From: a virus
Lineage: Duplodnaviria; Caudoviricetes
DNA: 64,000 bases
IMG/VR virus record: IMGVR_UViG_3300031993_000006
Location: 32,001-96,000 of that record
Reading direction: 5' to 3' (one strand)
The position numbers and the translations under genes were made by a program. The notes under the pieces were generated by a model that saw nothing but the letters and a program-made list of their open reading frames with translations, did not search any database and was not told the origin of the DNA. Positions 29,972 through 41,466 of this stretch are shown in pieces; positions within the stretch are counted from its first letter, which is position 1, and each line of letters begins with the position of its first letter.

Positions 29972-30958
29972 TTACGGCAACTCAGGGATGTCCTGCGCAG
30001 GCCGCTCGCCACGCTCCGAGGCATAGTATTCATCATAATCGAAGTCAGGAACGTCATCCTTTTCCGGCGGAACATCATTCTCGTCGGCCACCCGGGCATC
30101 TTCCTGGAGCTTCTGCGAGTACATATAGAACGCCTGTTCCAGTTCAACCTCGTCGATATACATTACATCGTGAGGAATATCCCCCTGCGCAAGCATACGG
30201 AGCCCGCACTCCACGAAACCAGTCTCATTCGGGACCCATACGGTAAACATCCAGCCATCAAGTCCAGTAATGACCCCGATTGGTACAATATCCGGATTTC
30301 CCCCTACCAGAATCACCTCGTAGCGCCCGTGCTGCCCCTCGGTATCATCCTCGGCATCCGGCTCGCCACCGATAAAATCCTTGTTGGAGCGGAACATAGC
30401 AGATTCGGTCGCCGATATTGCGTAGACATCAAAACGGGTACCACCCATACGCTGGACAGTACCGACAAAATCCATTGAATCCGGGTTGGAAGCAATATAG
30501 CTGTTGACCAATCCGGCATCTATACCGGAATCCTTGCTAGGTACATGCTTCTTGGTATAGTCGACCGCATATCCGTAGGCTTCACAGGGGTCATCCACAT
30601 AGCCTATGCTGAATACGAAGTCATTGTTCTGCATGTACATTTCGGAAATGAAAGAACCGGTCTCGTTGCTAACCACGGCATCAGACACTTCTATGCCGCT
30701 TGCAACAATCCCGGGGTCGAGTATAAGCGGGACTCCCCCGAGCATATACAAAAAGACGACCTCGGTCTTGACAAGTTCTACAGAGCCCCTCATGATGTAA
30801 AAAGGTACCGGACGACCCTTGCATTCGGGTTCATCCGATATCTTGTCCATTTCGGCCTTAATCTCGTCCAGCATATTCCCGCCGTCGTAGTCCGAATAAA
30901 GTACGGCAAACGGGGCACACACGGACGAGCTACCGTTCATGTAGCTCTTGGAAGGCAT
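29972..30958 (-). CDS. Hypothetical acidic protein
   Basis: 328-aa ORF, operon-spaced. Confidence 0.75.
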   Translation of the reverse strand: MPSKSYMNGSSSVCAPFAVLYSDYDGGNMLDEIKAEMDKISDEPECKGRPVPFYIMRGSVELVKTEVVFLYMLGGVPLILDPGIVASGIEVSDAVVSNETGSFISEMYMQNNDFVFSIGYVDDPCEAYGYAVDYTKKHVPSKDSGIDAGLVNSYIASNPDSMDFVGTVQRMGGTRFDVYAISATESAMFRSNKDFIGGEPDAEDDTEGQHGRYEVILVGGNPDIVPIGVITGLDGWMFTVWVPNETGFVECGLRMLAQGDIPHDVMYIDEVELEQAFYMYSQKLQEDARVADENDVPPEKDDVPDFDYDEYYASERGERPAQDIPELP

Positions 30959-30963
30959 CTAGC

Positions 30964-31509
30964 TTACTTCTTGATACCGTTCTTAATCAAGGTAAACACC
31001 GGATTGCTGGTCGGCTTCTTTTCACCAAGCTTTTCAGCCAAAGACGGTTCCTTCATATTGTTCTTGACATCGATATCGCTAAGTTCAGCATCGGTAAGAA
31101 GCTTCGAAAGCGTATTTACGATTGCCGTAAGGAGCGGAGAATCGGTATAGCCCTTGATATTCTTGTTGGCTTCACGAAGACGAGCGATTTCCTTCTTGTA
31201 TTCGCCGACACGAAGACGGATTGCATCCATGATTCCTTCCGGAGCCGTCGTAATGTCGATATCGAACACCATGTCCGGTGCATCGGAAACAATCTTACCG
31301 TCTTCAAAACGGATTCCGTACTGTTTCTCTTCCTCATCGGTAAATTCGAAGAGCTCGACGAACTGGCCGAACGGGAAAAATGTAGCCATCGTGCTCGGCA
31401 AATTGTGAGCATACTTGATTACATCGTGGCGCTCGACGATATTGAGGGAAACGATACGCTTTTCAACCTGGTTACCAGCCGCATCCGTTGTCTTGATAAT
31501 CTTTGCCAT
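30964..31509 (-). CDS. Hypothetical protein
   Basis: 181-aa ORF with a GAGG Shine-Dalgarno. Confidence 0.75.
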   Translation of the reverse strand: MAKIIKTTDAAGNQVEKRIVSLNIVERHDVIKYAHNLPSTMATFFPFGQFVELFEFTDEEEKQYGIRFEDGKIVSDAPDMVFDIDITTAPEGIMDAIRLRVGEYKKEIARLREANKNIKGYTDSPLLTAIVNTLSKLLTDAELSDIDVKNNMKEPSLAEKLGEKKPTSNPVFTLIKNGIKK

Positions 31510-31535
31510 TTTAAAACCTCGTTTTGATATTGAAA

Positions 31536-32540
31536 TTATGTCTTTTTGCTGTACTTGGCGGCGATTCTGGCATCTCTTATGCCTTCATACGCCTTTTTGA
31601 GCCATTCGGCAGGTTCCTCCGGGGCCAATTCGATATTCACCATAGCCTTTACCCCGGTTCCAAGCAGGTCATCAACGGCCTGGGAGTAGTAGAAGCCATA
31701 AGTTTCAGGCGGAACGGTAACCACGAATAGCCTACCATAGACATCGAAGTCCACATTGGTACCCAAGATAAAGTCCTCAGGGTGAATCTGCTTGGTCATG
31801 CTGATAAACGGGAACCCTTCGTTCGACATATAGGCAGCCAAACCGCGGGATTCATCGGGAATCGGGTTCAATTCGATATTCAGGTCACCATTCGGACCCC
31901 CCTTGAACCCATCGTTACCCTTTCCGACGACACTCAGGTTGGTCATGCCCGGGGTGATATCGAACGAGAAGGTACAATCCTTGAAAATCTTACCCTCGCC
32001 GCCACAAATTTCGCACACGCCGACCATTTCATGGCCGGACCCGTGGCATTTCGGGCACACCTTTTCCTTCTTTCGGAACACGATTTTACCCGTGGCGCCA
32101 CAACGGGGACAATTTACCACCTTGGCGGCACCCTGCCCGGAACACATCAGGCATTCGCTGCTCTTCTGATAGTGTATTTCGTGCGCCTGCTTTCCGAAAA
32201 TGAAGTCCCTGAGTGAAATTTCCTCTGTAAGGTTGATGTCATCGCCCCGGTTCTGCGAGCGGTCGTCCACTGGCGGCTTCCCAAAATTAGCCGCGACATC
32301 GGACTTACCGAAAACCTGCTCCATCCACTTGAACTTCACGGTAAATTCGTTCCCGTTGAAATACTTCTTGCGCAGTTCAGGGGTCTTGATGAGGGAATAC
32401 GCCTCGTTCAAGGTAGCCATCTTTTCCGGGTCCCCGCCGTGGTCCGGGTGAAGCTCCCGGGAGAGCCGCTTGTAAGCCTTCAGAATCTCCTCGTCGGTCG
32501 CCTGTTCGGTCAACCCGAGTACACCATATGCATCGCTCAT
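31536..32540 (-). CDS. dnaJ: DnaJ co-chaperone
   Basis: J domain AYGVLGL..AYKRLSRELHPD..NEAY; four CxxCxGxG-type repeats; GNDG..GPNGDL. Start at ATG 32540 after GGAGG. Confidence 0.93.
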   Translation of the reverse strand: MSDAYGVLGLTEQATDEEILKAYKRLSRELHPDHGGDPEKMATLNEAYSLIKTPELRKKYFNGNEFTVKFKWMEQVFGKSDVAANFGKPPVDDRSQNRGDDINLTEEISLRDFIFGKQAHEIHYQKSSECLMCSGQGAAKVVNCPRCGATGKIVFRKKEKVCPKCHGSGHEMVGVCEICGGEGKIFKDCTFSFDITPGMTNLSVVGKGNDGFKGGPNGDLNIELNPIPDESRGLAAYMSNEGFPFISMTKQIHPEDFILGTNVDFDVYGRLFVVTVPPETYGFYYSQAVDDLLGTGVKAMVNIELAPEEPAEWLKKAYEGIRDARIAAKYSKKT

Positions 32541-32596
32541 AAAAATCCTCCACTGCATAAACTACGATAAACTGTTAGAAAATTGAGGTATTCAGC

Positions 32597-33172
32597 ATGA
32601 CACCGGAAGATTTCATCAAGATTTACAACCAGCCAGCAGCAGAACCGACCGTTTCCGAGCCGGTTGACGGACTTACCGAAGCCAAGGACAGCATCGCAGA
32701 CCCTAAAAATATCACTCATGCCGTAGACCTCAATAACAAGAAGCATCCGAAGACCGCCTGCGCTTGGGACGCAATGGGGCCACTCGCCGGTTCTGGGGAA
32801 TCCGGCCCGTTCGACGGTCTTTCCGATGGAGAAGGAGCAATGATTGGCGAAACCGCACCGGCACCGGCCGGAGGCGGCGATATGCAATCGCTCAATACCA
32901 GGATGCTGAACGCCTGCCTCGAAGGCCTGCAAAAGACATACCCCTCATCGGAAGCAATCCCGCAAATCAAGAAAATGGTCGATGGGCTACACGCGGGTCA
33001 CCCGGCGAAGCTCTACTGTGGGGCAGACGGGTGCGAAGCATTGGATGCCGACCCCCTCATGAGTGACGATGACCAGGCAATTTCCGCGGCAGCCGCTGCC
33101 GTAGAAGCTACACTGATGACATACCGGAAGCTAACCGGGCACGAGTACCCGGGATTCACCCGAATGAACTAA
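32597..33172 (+). CDS. Late hypothetical protein, candidate internal head protein
   Basis: Tandem ATAAACT at 32557 and 32567; GAGG Shine-Dalgarno; LTEA and CLEG motifs. Confidence 0.75.
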   Translation: MTPEDFIKIYNQPAAEPTVSEPVDGLTEAKDSIADPKNITHAVDLNNKKHPKTACAWDAMGPLAGSGESGPFDGLSDGEGAMIGETAPAPAGGGDMQSLNTRMLNACLEGLQKTYPSSEAIPQIKKMVDGLHAGHPAKLYCGADGCEALDADPLMSDDDQAISAAAAAVEATLMTYRKLTGHEYPGFTRMN

Positions 33173-33196
33173 GCATTTCTCTTAAACCACAAATTG

Positions 33197-33222
33197 AAAA
33201 GGGGCCTTTCGGCCCCTTTGTT
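33197..33222. terminator. Bidirectional intrinsic terminator between convergent genes
   Basis: AAAAGGGGCC-TTTC-GGCCCCTTTGTT. Confidence 0.88.
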
Positions 33223-33224
33223 AT

Positions 33225-36200
33225 TTAGAACTCATCCTCTTCAGGATTTCCTTCCGGTTTCGGAGGTTCACCCCCTTCAGGATTTACCGCCGGTTGCTCT
33301 TCGTCCGGTTCATCCGGATTGACATATCCAATCTCGGCATCAGGATTATGCCTGTTAAGGGCTATGTTTTGGTTGCCGGTGTCAAATTTAGGATTAGCGA
33401 CAGGTTCATTGACGCGGGTAATCTTGATACCGTCGTCAGTCGTTACCGTACCGCCGGCGTGAGAAAGAACCTCACGCTCCTCATCGCTCAATCCACCAAG
33501 GGCAGCATTCAAACGAGTCGGAATACGGGTATCGTTAACAGACATGAACAGTTTAAGCAACTGGTTCTTCAAACGTTCGTCACCAATCGTTTCATCGATT
33601 TCCTTAGCACCCTTCAAGGTATACTTTGAAAGTTCCCGAGCAAACGATTCCCATTCATTAGCACTTCCGGTAAACGAAGTATCGTTCAATGCGTCGTCAA
33701 CCAACTCGTGAATGATGGACGCCGGAACATCAAAGATGCAAGCATCCTTCTTACGACCCTGGCGAACAATTTCATTCTTCGGACGGCCCGCATTAGCGAT
33801 ATCGACCGTCCTCTTGATACGGACACAACCAGGTATCGGAGAAAGCGACAACATATGGCGAGCATGCAATGTGCCGATAAGCAATGCCGTAATACCATCA
33901 GTATTCATACTGATATCCGGCTTGAACGAAGTGCACTGATTCACACAAGCGATGAACTTGGCAACATTTTCATCCGCACTAAGTTCAGACATATTCGTAT
34001 CGCCGGTTTCATCACAGTACTTCTGAAGTGCTGCCCTAAGGACCGCAATGCATTCATTTTCGGTAGCATATGAATCGCCGATAATATACTTGTCTGAGCC
34101 GTTAGAGAGTACATCGCTCTCGTTCTTGTTTTCCTTTATCGGGAACCCACGGACCTTACTGAAGGTACGAATCAATTCGCGGGCTTGAGCCCTCGTCAGG
34201 TTCACATCAGGAGCATACACGCCACGACTAGCACTGGCGGCGTTAGCCAAGGATTCGGCACCCTTAGTGTATAACCCGGAGTCGTTCGCAAACTCACTAG
34301 CGAGCACATCACGAATTTCGACAAACTGCTTAGCCATTTCTTCCTTAGCCTGCTGAGACATCCTCTTACCATAGAAGGTATTCCACTGTTCCAAACGTTC
34401 GCGGTTATCAGAATTTTCGACATTGCAGTAGGTATCGATAAAGCGGTTGACCGCCACATCGATAGGATTGTTTCCCCAAGAAATACGATGGGTTTCCGGG
34501 TCACTCTTTTGAGCACCGTACAAGTCAATCGACTTATCATTCGGATTCTTGTAGCCCAGCGAATCCTTGATGGAAGATACCACAGCTTCCAGTTCATCAA
34601 GAGCTCTACGACGAACAATACCAGTAGTATTAGTATCTCGGTCACGAGGCGTCGCTCCGATACGATACATCGCCGCCCTAGCAAGAAGTTTAGGATTCCC
34701 GGCTCCCTGCAACTTAGCCATCACAAATCGCACGGTCGCATCGTACAAAGCAAGAAGCTTGCTCTTAAGATTATTCACCTTATCGTTGAACTTTTCCAAA
34801 GCGCCCGCACCATTTACATGGTCAATAGAGAACTGCAAATCCTTCAATAGGCTTGCTTCCTCAGCGTCATTTTCAGACAAAATATTGTAGACCTTACGGT
34901 GCAATTCGCTAGCACCACCAATAGAGCCTTCATCAGTCTTAAGATAGCTCATATCGCTTACCGGCGAATAACCGTGCATAGTACGATATGCCTTCAAGTC
35001 GTCAGCTTCAGATGAAGTATGCTTCTTGATATACTGCCGTGAAAACTCAGACTCGCGGTTGTATAACTTGTCCAGAATGTCATTAGCAATATTCTTGCGA
35101 ACGGCATCGTTGACCGGTTTCCCGCTGGCCTCATACCTATTGAGAGTGCGAGCGTACTCATTCAAGATGTTCTCGGCGACATCATCCATATTGCCATTAG
35201 GGTCAATCATTTCGCCGATATCCTTAACCGCAGTAGCCTTAGGTACGCTCCCGTTACCAAAGCTGACCATCGCCGTAGAAATCTCGTTAAACACACCCGT
35301 ATTTTCTGTAGGCGCGTGTTCAGCGAATACCTGATTAACAATATGGTCAGCGATTTCATTTATCTGTTCTACGGTAAGGGCACCGGCATTTTCCAGCGGT
35401 ATCCGGTCCATACACATCGAGATAAAGTCATTCGCCGCAGTATCGTTACCCTTGAACAAGCCAAGAAGATTAGTGCCTTGCTCGTCACGAGCTTTAAGCG
35501 CATTCCTCTTCTTGATTGACGGAGAAATACCGGTCTGACACATTTCGCCAAGAGCAACAGAAAGTACACTCTTTAGCTTTTCAGGTGCAAGGCCTTCCAA
35601 AGTATCGTCATCAATCTGAGGGGCATCGCTATAGTGGTTACCGAATACCCGGCGCATGATGTCATTACTCTGCGCGGTACGCTGTCTAGTTTTAAGCAAA
35701 TCAGCGGAGCGGTCAGCAGTAGCCTTCATTGCATCTTCAATAGCACCGTAATCAACACAGCTATAGAGACGAGCCAATGGAGCATAGCCGGTTTCACCGC
35801 AAGTGCGAGCCGCGCTTGCCTGAATCGATTTTTCGAAAGCATTTATCCTTTCCTTGAAGAGAGGACGGCTAGTTTCGCTATCACGCTTTCTAAGGTCATC
35901 AAGAACCGGATTATTGGCTAGCATACGATTGATTACTTTAGTACGAATCGTTCTCACGATAGACATAACGATATCTTCAGTAATCTCAGTCGCGTTTCCC
36001 CCTTGATTAGGTTCAAAGGTACCAATAAACCCACCGGTCGCCTGAGCAATTTCGCCAATATTAGCGAACGGCTTTGCTATCTTAGCTGTCGTATCACGGC
36101 TGCCGTCTTCCGCAAAGGTGACATTTGACGGTTCATCTGAATCTTCCCGCTGCACACCGCTGAACACATATTCAGGGAAATCGATGGAATGCACTTGACC

Positions 36201-39200
36201 ATCCTCATCAACTTGGCCAAGCAGCTTCTTGAGGAACCACCCAACACTAGCATATGCCCTGCTGTAGCCGCTCTCATCACGCATCAACATGTACACGAAG
36301 GCGGAGGCCAAATCATTATTAACTACCCCGTTATAAATCGCGCGAGTTTCTTTGTTAGCTTTATTGTCCAGCTTGCTAAGAATATCATCAAACGGAATCA
36401 AGGCACCACGATAACCCATCGTATCGCTCATGCCCAACGCATTATAGATACCGGCCAAAGTATCAGAATAATCTTCCTCTTGATACAAGTCTCTAATATG
36501 GCTACCAAAGACTGAATGGCGCAAGTCCGAAGTCTTTTCCGTATTAATACGAGAGCTACCGCCGGTCGCTACACCCGGAAGCATACCTACAGCAGCATAC
36601 TTGTTTGTGCGCTCGCCAGGACGGCTAGCAAAATCGTTGAACTTTCCAAGACCATTTACTTCGCCCGAAACAGTTTCAGTACGCTGATATGCTTCCAACT
36701 TCAATATGATATTTGCCACGGCCGTACTTAACTTATGTGCAACTTCATATATCACCTCAGGGTCACCATTGTTGACCTCTTCACGGTTGCTCAACCCATT
36801 GACCAATTTATCGAAACTGTCGCGAACATCATTGACGACATCGGCAATAATATAGTTATTAGCCTTTGCCACTCTACTATCGATAGCTTCCTTAATAGCA
36901 GCTGCCTCAGCCACAATGTTACGACGATAGATATCCCGCTTAGATGTCATAAATACATAGAAGGCATCGATTATCTTGGTAATAATCGTATGGGCATCTG
37001 TATTCTGTGCATAAGCCGTAATCGCGGCATTCCCGCTCGACACGTCATCGTTAAGTTCCTTAGCATCCGCGTGGGCTGAATCAAGAGCAGCAGCAAGCTT
37101 CTTAAAGTCAGTCTGACTTATGCGGTCATTTAACCGAAGACGCCCGCTTCCCGTATGATAAGCATCATCGCCAAACAGGATATAGCTCATCATCGTGCAA
37201 TCAGTTGCATCCTCAAAATCATTGGCATTATCATTAGACATCCGGAGCAACGCAGACTCGTCAATAGAATCCGTAGCTTCAGCCGTCTCATCGTCAGTAC
37301 CCATATAGGATTCCGGACTCACCAACCGGTCGATAGCGTTTTCCTCACCCTCACGTCCAAGCAACTCGTCATCTTCATGACCGGTAACTCGGCGAGGGTC
37401 ACTATGGCCATAACCCTTATTGTAATCAGTCTCCTGATGTCTAGACATATTAAGTTCATCAGGAACATCCTTGGCAGCCTGCATTGCTATGATAATATCA
37501 CCCAACGAACGCTGCATAATGACAGGATTGCGCTTAGCATACGGCTCAATAATTTCAAGGAGTTGCTGCATAGATTGCACAGCATCCGGAGAAAGGGCTA
37601 CGTTATCCAAATACTGAAGCAAAACATTGTATGCCGCGACATCAGCTTTCTGGTTTGTCTTGGCTTCTCTTGGAATAGCTCCCTTGATATGCTCAAGATG
37701 AACCCGAATCAAATCCTTAAGAGCCTTGATACTCTTCGCATACAATTCGTGTCGAGTGTCGGTATCGGCATTTTCAGGATTGTCCGCAATTTCCACAAAC
37801 CGTGTAGTTATTTCGCGCATTGCGGTGCGAACGGAATCCATACCTTCATAATAGTCAAAGGTCTCACCAATATTTGCCAGAGGATGGAAAACATGTTCAG
37901 CGTCAAGCTCAGTATTATTAACAGTTATCGCATACGCATCGCGCTCTTTTTCACCATTTTCACCCACCACGAAACTGCCATCCTCGTTACGGATACAGTA
38001 TTCGTTATCTTCCAGAGCACCCAATTCAGCCGCAGGAACTATCACAAACGGATAGTCGACACCATACAAATGGTTAGTGTCTTCGGCTTCAGTTCCGAAT
38101 GCCTTGATAAGTCTCATTAAGCGTACAAAATTAGCACCATCGGGACCGTGTTCAACCCATTTAAGAACGGATTCCAATTTGCGTACATTATCGAGACCAA
38201 TATTAAAGTCCTTATTCGAAGAATAATGCTTAATGTTTGCCATCAAAGCATCAGTAAGTTCGCTAACAGCAGTCGTGGCACCTTCATGCAGATTACCGTT
38301 CAACAAATTATACAGCTTCAAGTTTTCCCAAAGACCGTCAGGAATCTCATCGGCCAGTTGGCTCCGCTTTAAATCCTTGATGCCACTTCGTTCCTTATTG
38401 AAGAAGGTCAACGCATCAGCGATTGTCCCAAACTCGTTAACATCGATTCCGCTATGTTCAACGGCATCACTCATTTCCTGAATCAAGGAAATCGTTTTCG
38501 CTGAAGCCGTACCCATCGCCCAGGTAAACTTATTCATCGAAGGAGTAAACAGTTTACCCTGCGCAGAACCGCTATTGTCCGTAAGATGAACTTCGTTGGA
38601 AGCTCCATAGTAGTCATCGGACTTGCGGTAGGTGTTAGACGGACCGCTTTCGATTGACTTCGATGCAATAAACCGAATACCACGCCACACTGCATAGCAC
38701 TTAGTAGAGTCACCCGGGTCATCCATATATACGGCACGAGGGAATACCCAAGTATCAGCAGCGCTTTCCTGAACATCATAAGTAGCACTAAGTTGTCCTG
38801 ACTCAAATCGGATTCGATAAGTATTGTCGCCGTCATTTGAATGCAAAGCCTTGAGCACCGTACCGTGCATATACTTCAAAACCTCTTTACCAGCTTTGGT
38901 AATAGAGTCTTCGGCACCACCAGTCAGGCGAAGTCGACCACGCTCGCTCTTATTAATCACATACAAAGGCTGAGCATCATCCATTGTCAAACTAGAATCC
39001 AGTTCAACATTAAGTGACTGCTGCTTCACCTCAAATACATAGCGCAATATGTAAGCACGGATTTTGCCCATCCATGTCTCTGTATATGTTGTATTAAACG
39101 ACTCGACATCATCCTTTCGTGCAGGCACATTACGGTTCCGCACAGTTTCAAGTACAATTCGAGCAATATTATACCATTCACTTGTTTCAAGCGTTTCAAG

Positions 39201-41336
39201 CCAACGGTTACGGAGTTCAATTGCGTTCGCGACAGAAGAAGAACCGGAAGCAAGAGTATACAAGTAACTCTCGACCGCCGTAATAACCTCATCTATTTTG
39301 ATTCTCGGAGAAATCGACTGCAAAGTTAATGCATTTACAGCTTGTTCATCATCTTCAACAGTTTCGGTCGGCCTAGCGGCATCAATACCATCTATCTTCT
39401 GGATACGGGCATTAGTAGAACCTACATCGGTAACAAAGATAACCGCATAGGTAGCCAAAGCTATAGCATCCCTCCACATCGCCGTTTCAAAAGGCGATAC
39501 ATCAGAACCCGGAAACACCATTCGAGTGCAAAACAACGGAATTACGCATTCCGGAGCGACCAATGCATTAGTCACATCGTCTTCACCCGAATTCAAAGTT
39601 GCCATTTCCTGACCGGGCCACTTTAACGGATTGAGAGAATCACTATCAGTAAGACGCTGAGCATATGACCCAGCGTTCTCTGCCGGAGTCGATACATCGT
39701 TAGCTTTAGCAATAGTTTCACTGCTAGGAGTCTCAACCTTTGATGGCTTGGTACCAACATTCTCAGCGATATGCGTCAAGTCATCGTCAGAAGTAACACC
39801 GGTGGTAGCTTCGCTAGCATCAGGCGTCAAGCCAGTAACAAGACTAGCAGAAAACTCGCCAGAATGCATATTATCGACTAAGGTACCCACGAGAGCGGCA
39901 ATACGCAGCGAATGATAGTAATTACCCGTCTTTTCCTTGTTGGTCAAATTTGTGAGCAACTTATTAACAGAATCGCTCAAATAGGACCCTACCTGCTTCG
40001 AAAGAGGTGCAAGCAATTCAGTATAAAGCTTGCTCGAGCGTTCTACAGATTCGCCATCACTATTGTATTCACCGCTAGCATTTTTGCCAACGACATCGCC
40101 AATTCTAGCCAAAGTCCAGTTACTTATACCACTCTTGTATATTCTGCCATCACCGGCGGAAGCTACCCTAAATGCACGGATTGCATCCATTGCAGAAGCA
40201 TATTCGGCAAGGTCATCTTCAGTTGCGCCACTTTCGCGCAATACCTTCATCGCATAAGAGTTGTCGTTGTTATCACCGACCAACGGTTCCCGCTCGGGCC
40301 CGCAAGGCATAATCGGAGCAATAACCATCAATGCAGCCAACTGGCCGATACTATAATGCTTATTCAGTTCTCCGTCCACGGCGTTATCGTTAGCCTGTTC
40401 CTGAATAGTGCTGCTCAGTACACTATCGAGAGTCCTAAGCATTTTCTGCACGGAACCATTCGCGCCATTCTGAATCAAGTCAGCCAATTTTACCGTCAAG
40501 GCAAACACCGAGTTTGCTATATTAAGGTTTGCATCGGCATCGTTCTCATCATCACTGGACTTTAGCATAATTGATGCATAGAAAATATGCTCACGCAACT
40601 TAAGCTGCGCCCACTGCTCGGCGTTGACCAGTTTAAACCGGCCGTCCGCCTTAAGCTGAGCTTCCTGCTCCTCATCTTGAGGGCATTTATACCCAAACAA
40701 AGAATCAAAGTCTATACTATCCTTAATACGCCCAAGCATTTCGAGCTTAGCATTGGCGTTTTCCTTTTGAGAAGCCGATGCACGACCGCTTGAAGTAATC
40801 TTATTTAGCTTAGTCGACATGTAGTTAAGGAAACCGATAGTCGTATAACGAGTATCGTTAAGCTTTCGGTAAATGTCGCTCAGCTGATTGTTGACCATCC
40901 GGTTGCTAAAGGCAGTATCGGTTTCACCTTTACGGCCACCTTCGGTAACATGCAACAGGATACCGCCATAAAGATTATCCAACATCTTGCACAACGGATG
41001 TGCTTCCGGATTTATTGGCGTCTCACTCGGGATATATTCACTTCGAAGCGTATCGAAGGTAATACCCGGAATCTTCTTCACGGTTTCAGGTGACCTATCA
41101 GTCGGAAACCCGGTCGGGCGCCCAGCAGTGTATGTACCGTTGCTAAGCTCCGTATAGATATCGGCCACTTCAGGATGCACAAATGATACCAAGTATGCAA
41201 CTTCAGTACCTGTATTGAACATACTGGGCAGCTGGGATTTATAACCATTCTTTATAAACCGAATGTCATTGCTTGCGTTTGCATAGTTTCTAAGCAATTC
41301 CTTCCTGGTTTCTGCATCCATCGATAGATTGGCCAT
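33225..41336 (-). CDS. Giant late protein (2703 aa), function unknown, probably virion-associated
   Basis: Uninterrupted ORF; TATAAACT at 41373-41380; GAGG Shine-Dalgarno; no recognisable catalytic motif. Confidence 0.85.
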   Translation of the reverse strand: MANLSMDAETRKELLRNYANASNDIRFIKNGYKSQLPSMFNTGTEVAYLVSFVHPEVADIYTELSNGTYTAGRPTGFPTDRSPETVKKIPGITFDTLRSEYIPSETPINPEAHPLCKMLDNLYGGILLHVTEGGRKGETDTAFSNRMVNNQLSDIYRKLNDTRYTTIGFLNYMSTKLNKITSSGRASASQKENANAKLEMLGRIKDSIDFDSLFGYKCPQDEEQEAQLKADGRFKLVNAEQWAQLKLREHIFYASIMLKSSDDENDADANLNIANSVFALTVKLADLIQNGANGSVQKMLRTLDSVLSSTIQEQANDNAVDGELNKHYSIGQLAALMVIAPIMPCGPEREPLVGDNNDNSYAMKVLRESGATEDDLAEYASAMDAIRAFRVASAGDGRIYKSGISNWTLARIGDVVGKNASGEYNSDGESVERSSKLYTELLAPLSKQVGSYLSDSVNKLLTNLTNKEKTGNYYHSLRIAALVGTLVDNMHSGEFSASLVTGLTPDASEATTGVTSDDDLTHIAENVGTKPSKVETPSSETIAKANDVSTPAENAGSYAQRLTDSDSLNPLKWPGQEMATLNSGEDDVTNALVAPECVIPLFCTRMVFPGSDVSPFETAMWRDAIALATYAVIFVTDVGSTNARIQKIDGIDAARPTETVEDDEQAVNALTLQSISPRIKIDEVITAVESYLYTLASGSSSVANAIELRNRWLETLETSEWYNIARIVLETVRNRNVPARKDDVESFNTTYTETWMGKIRAYILRYVFEVKQQSLNVELDSSLTMDDAQPLYVINKSERGRLRLTGGAEDSITKAGKEVLKYMHGTVLKALHSNDGDNTYRIRFESGQLSATYDVQESAADTWVFPRAVYMDDPGDSTKCYAVWRGIRFIASKSIESGPSNTYRKSDDYYGASNEVHLTDNSGSAQGKLFTPSMNKFTWAMGTASAKTISLIQEMSDAVEHSGIDVNEFGTIADALTFFNKERSGIKDLKRSQLADEIPDGLWENLKLYNLLNGNLHEGATTAVSELTDALMANIKHYSSNKDFNIGLDNVRKLESVLKWVEHGPDGANFVRLMRLIKAFGTEAEDTNHLYGVDYPFVIVPAAELGALEDNEYCIRNEDGSFVVGENGEKERDAYAITVNNTELDAEHVFHPLANIGETFDYYEGMDSVRTAMREITTRFVEIADNPENADTDTRHELYAKSIKALKDLIRVHLEHIKGAIPREAKTNQKADVAAYNVLLQYLDNVALSPDAVQSMQQLLEIIEPYAKRNPVIMQRSLGDIIIAMQAAKDVPDELNMSRHQETDYNKGYGHSDPRRVTGHEDDELLGREGEENAIDRLVSPESYMGTDDETAEATDSIDESALLRMSNDNANDFEDATDCTMMSYILFGDDAYHTGSGRLRLNDRISQTDFKKLAAALDSAHADAKELNDDVSSGNAAITAYAQNTDAHTIITKIIDAFYVFMTSKRDIYRRNIVAEAAAIKEAIDSRVAKANNYIIADVVNDVRDSFDKLVNGLSNREEVNNGDPEVIYEVAHKLSTAVANIILKLEAYQRTETVSGEVNGLGKFNDFASRPGERTNKYAAVGMLPGVATGGSSRINTEKTSDLRHSVFGSHIRDLYQEEDYSDTLAGIYNALGMSDTMGYRGALIPFDDILSKLDNKANKETRAIYNGVVNNDLASAFVYMLMRDESGYSRAYASVGWFLKKLLGQVDEDGQVHSIDFPEYVFSGVQREDSDEPSNVTFAEDGSRDTTAKIAKPFANIGEIAQATGGFIGTFEPNQGGNATEITEDIVMSIVRTIRTKVINRMLANNPVLDDLRKRDSETSRPLFKERINAFEKSIQASAARTCGETGYAPLARLYSCVDYGAIEDAMKATADRSADLLKTRQRTAQSNDIMRRVFGNHYSDAPQIDDDTLEGLAPEKLKSVLSVALGEMCQTGISPSIKKRNALKARDEQGTNLLGLFKGNDTAANDFISMCMDRIPLENAGALTVEQINEIADHIVNQVFAEHAPTENTGVFNEISTAMVSFGNGSVPKATAVKDIGEMIDPNGNMDDVAENILNEYARTLNRYEASGKPVNDAVRKNIANDILDKLYNRESEFSRQYIKKHTSSEADDLKAYRTMHGYSPVSDMSYLKTDEGSIGGASELHRKVYNILSENDAEEASLLKDLQFSIDHVNGAGALEKFNDKVNNLKSKLLALYDATVRFVMAKLQGAGNPKLLARAAMYRIGATPRDRDTNTTGIVRRRALDELEAVVSSIKDSLGYKNPNDKSIDLYGAQKSDPETHRISWGNNPIDVAVNRFIDTYCNVENSDNRERLEQWNTFYGKRMSQQAKEEMAKQFVEIRDVLASEFANDSGLYTKGAESLANAASASRGVYAPDVNLTRAQARELIRTFSKVRGFPIKENKNESDVLSNGSDKYIIGDSYATENECIAVLRAALQKYCDETGDTNMSELSADENVAKFIACVNQCTSFKPDISMNTDGITALLIGTLHARHMLSLSPIPGCVRIKRTVDIANAGRPKNEIVRQGRKKDACIFDVPASIIHELVDDALNDTSFTGSANEWESFARELSKYTLKGAKEIDETIGDERLKNQLLKLFMSVNDTRIPTRLNAALGGLSDEEREVLSHAGGTVTTDDGIKITRVNEPVANPKFDTGNQNIALNRHNPDAEIGYVNPDEPDEEQPAVNPEGGEPPKPEGNPEEDEF

Positions 41337-41372
41337 CGGGCACCTCTAGACTAAAGTCGTTCATTTTGCTCA

Positions 41373-41443
41373 AGTTTATACACCGGGAACCATATTTTTA
41401 GCCCCATCCGGAGCCTTCTGAATACCCGGACGCCATATAAACT
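41373..41443. promoter_or_regulatory. Divergent pair of late-type TATAAACT promoters
   Basis: AGTTTATA at 41373-41380 and TATAAACT at 41436-41443. Confidence 0.75.
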
Positions 41444-41466
41444 TGCCTAAATAGAGGGTTAAGAAT

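Noticed and set aside
33225-41336. Virion RNA polymerase or tape-measure protein
   Set aside because: No DxDGD or single-subunit RNAP motifs and no clear tape-measure periodicity were found by eye.
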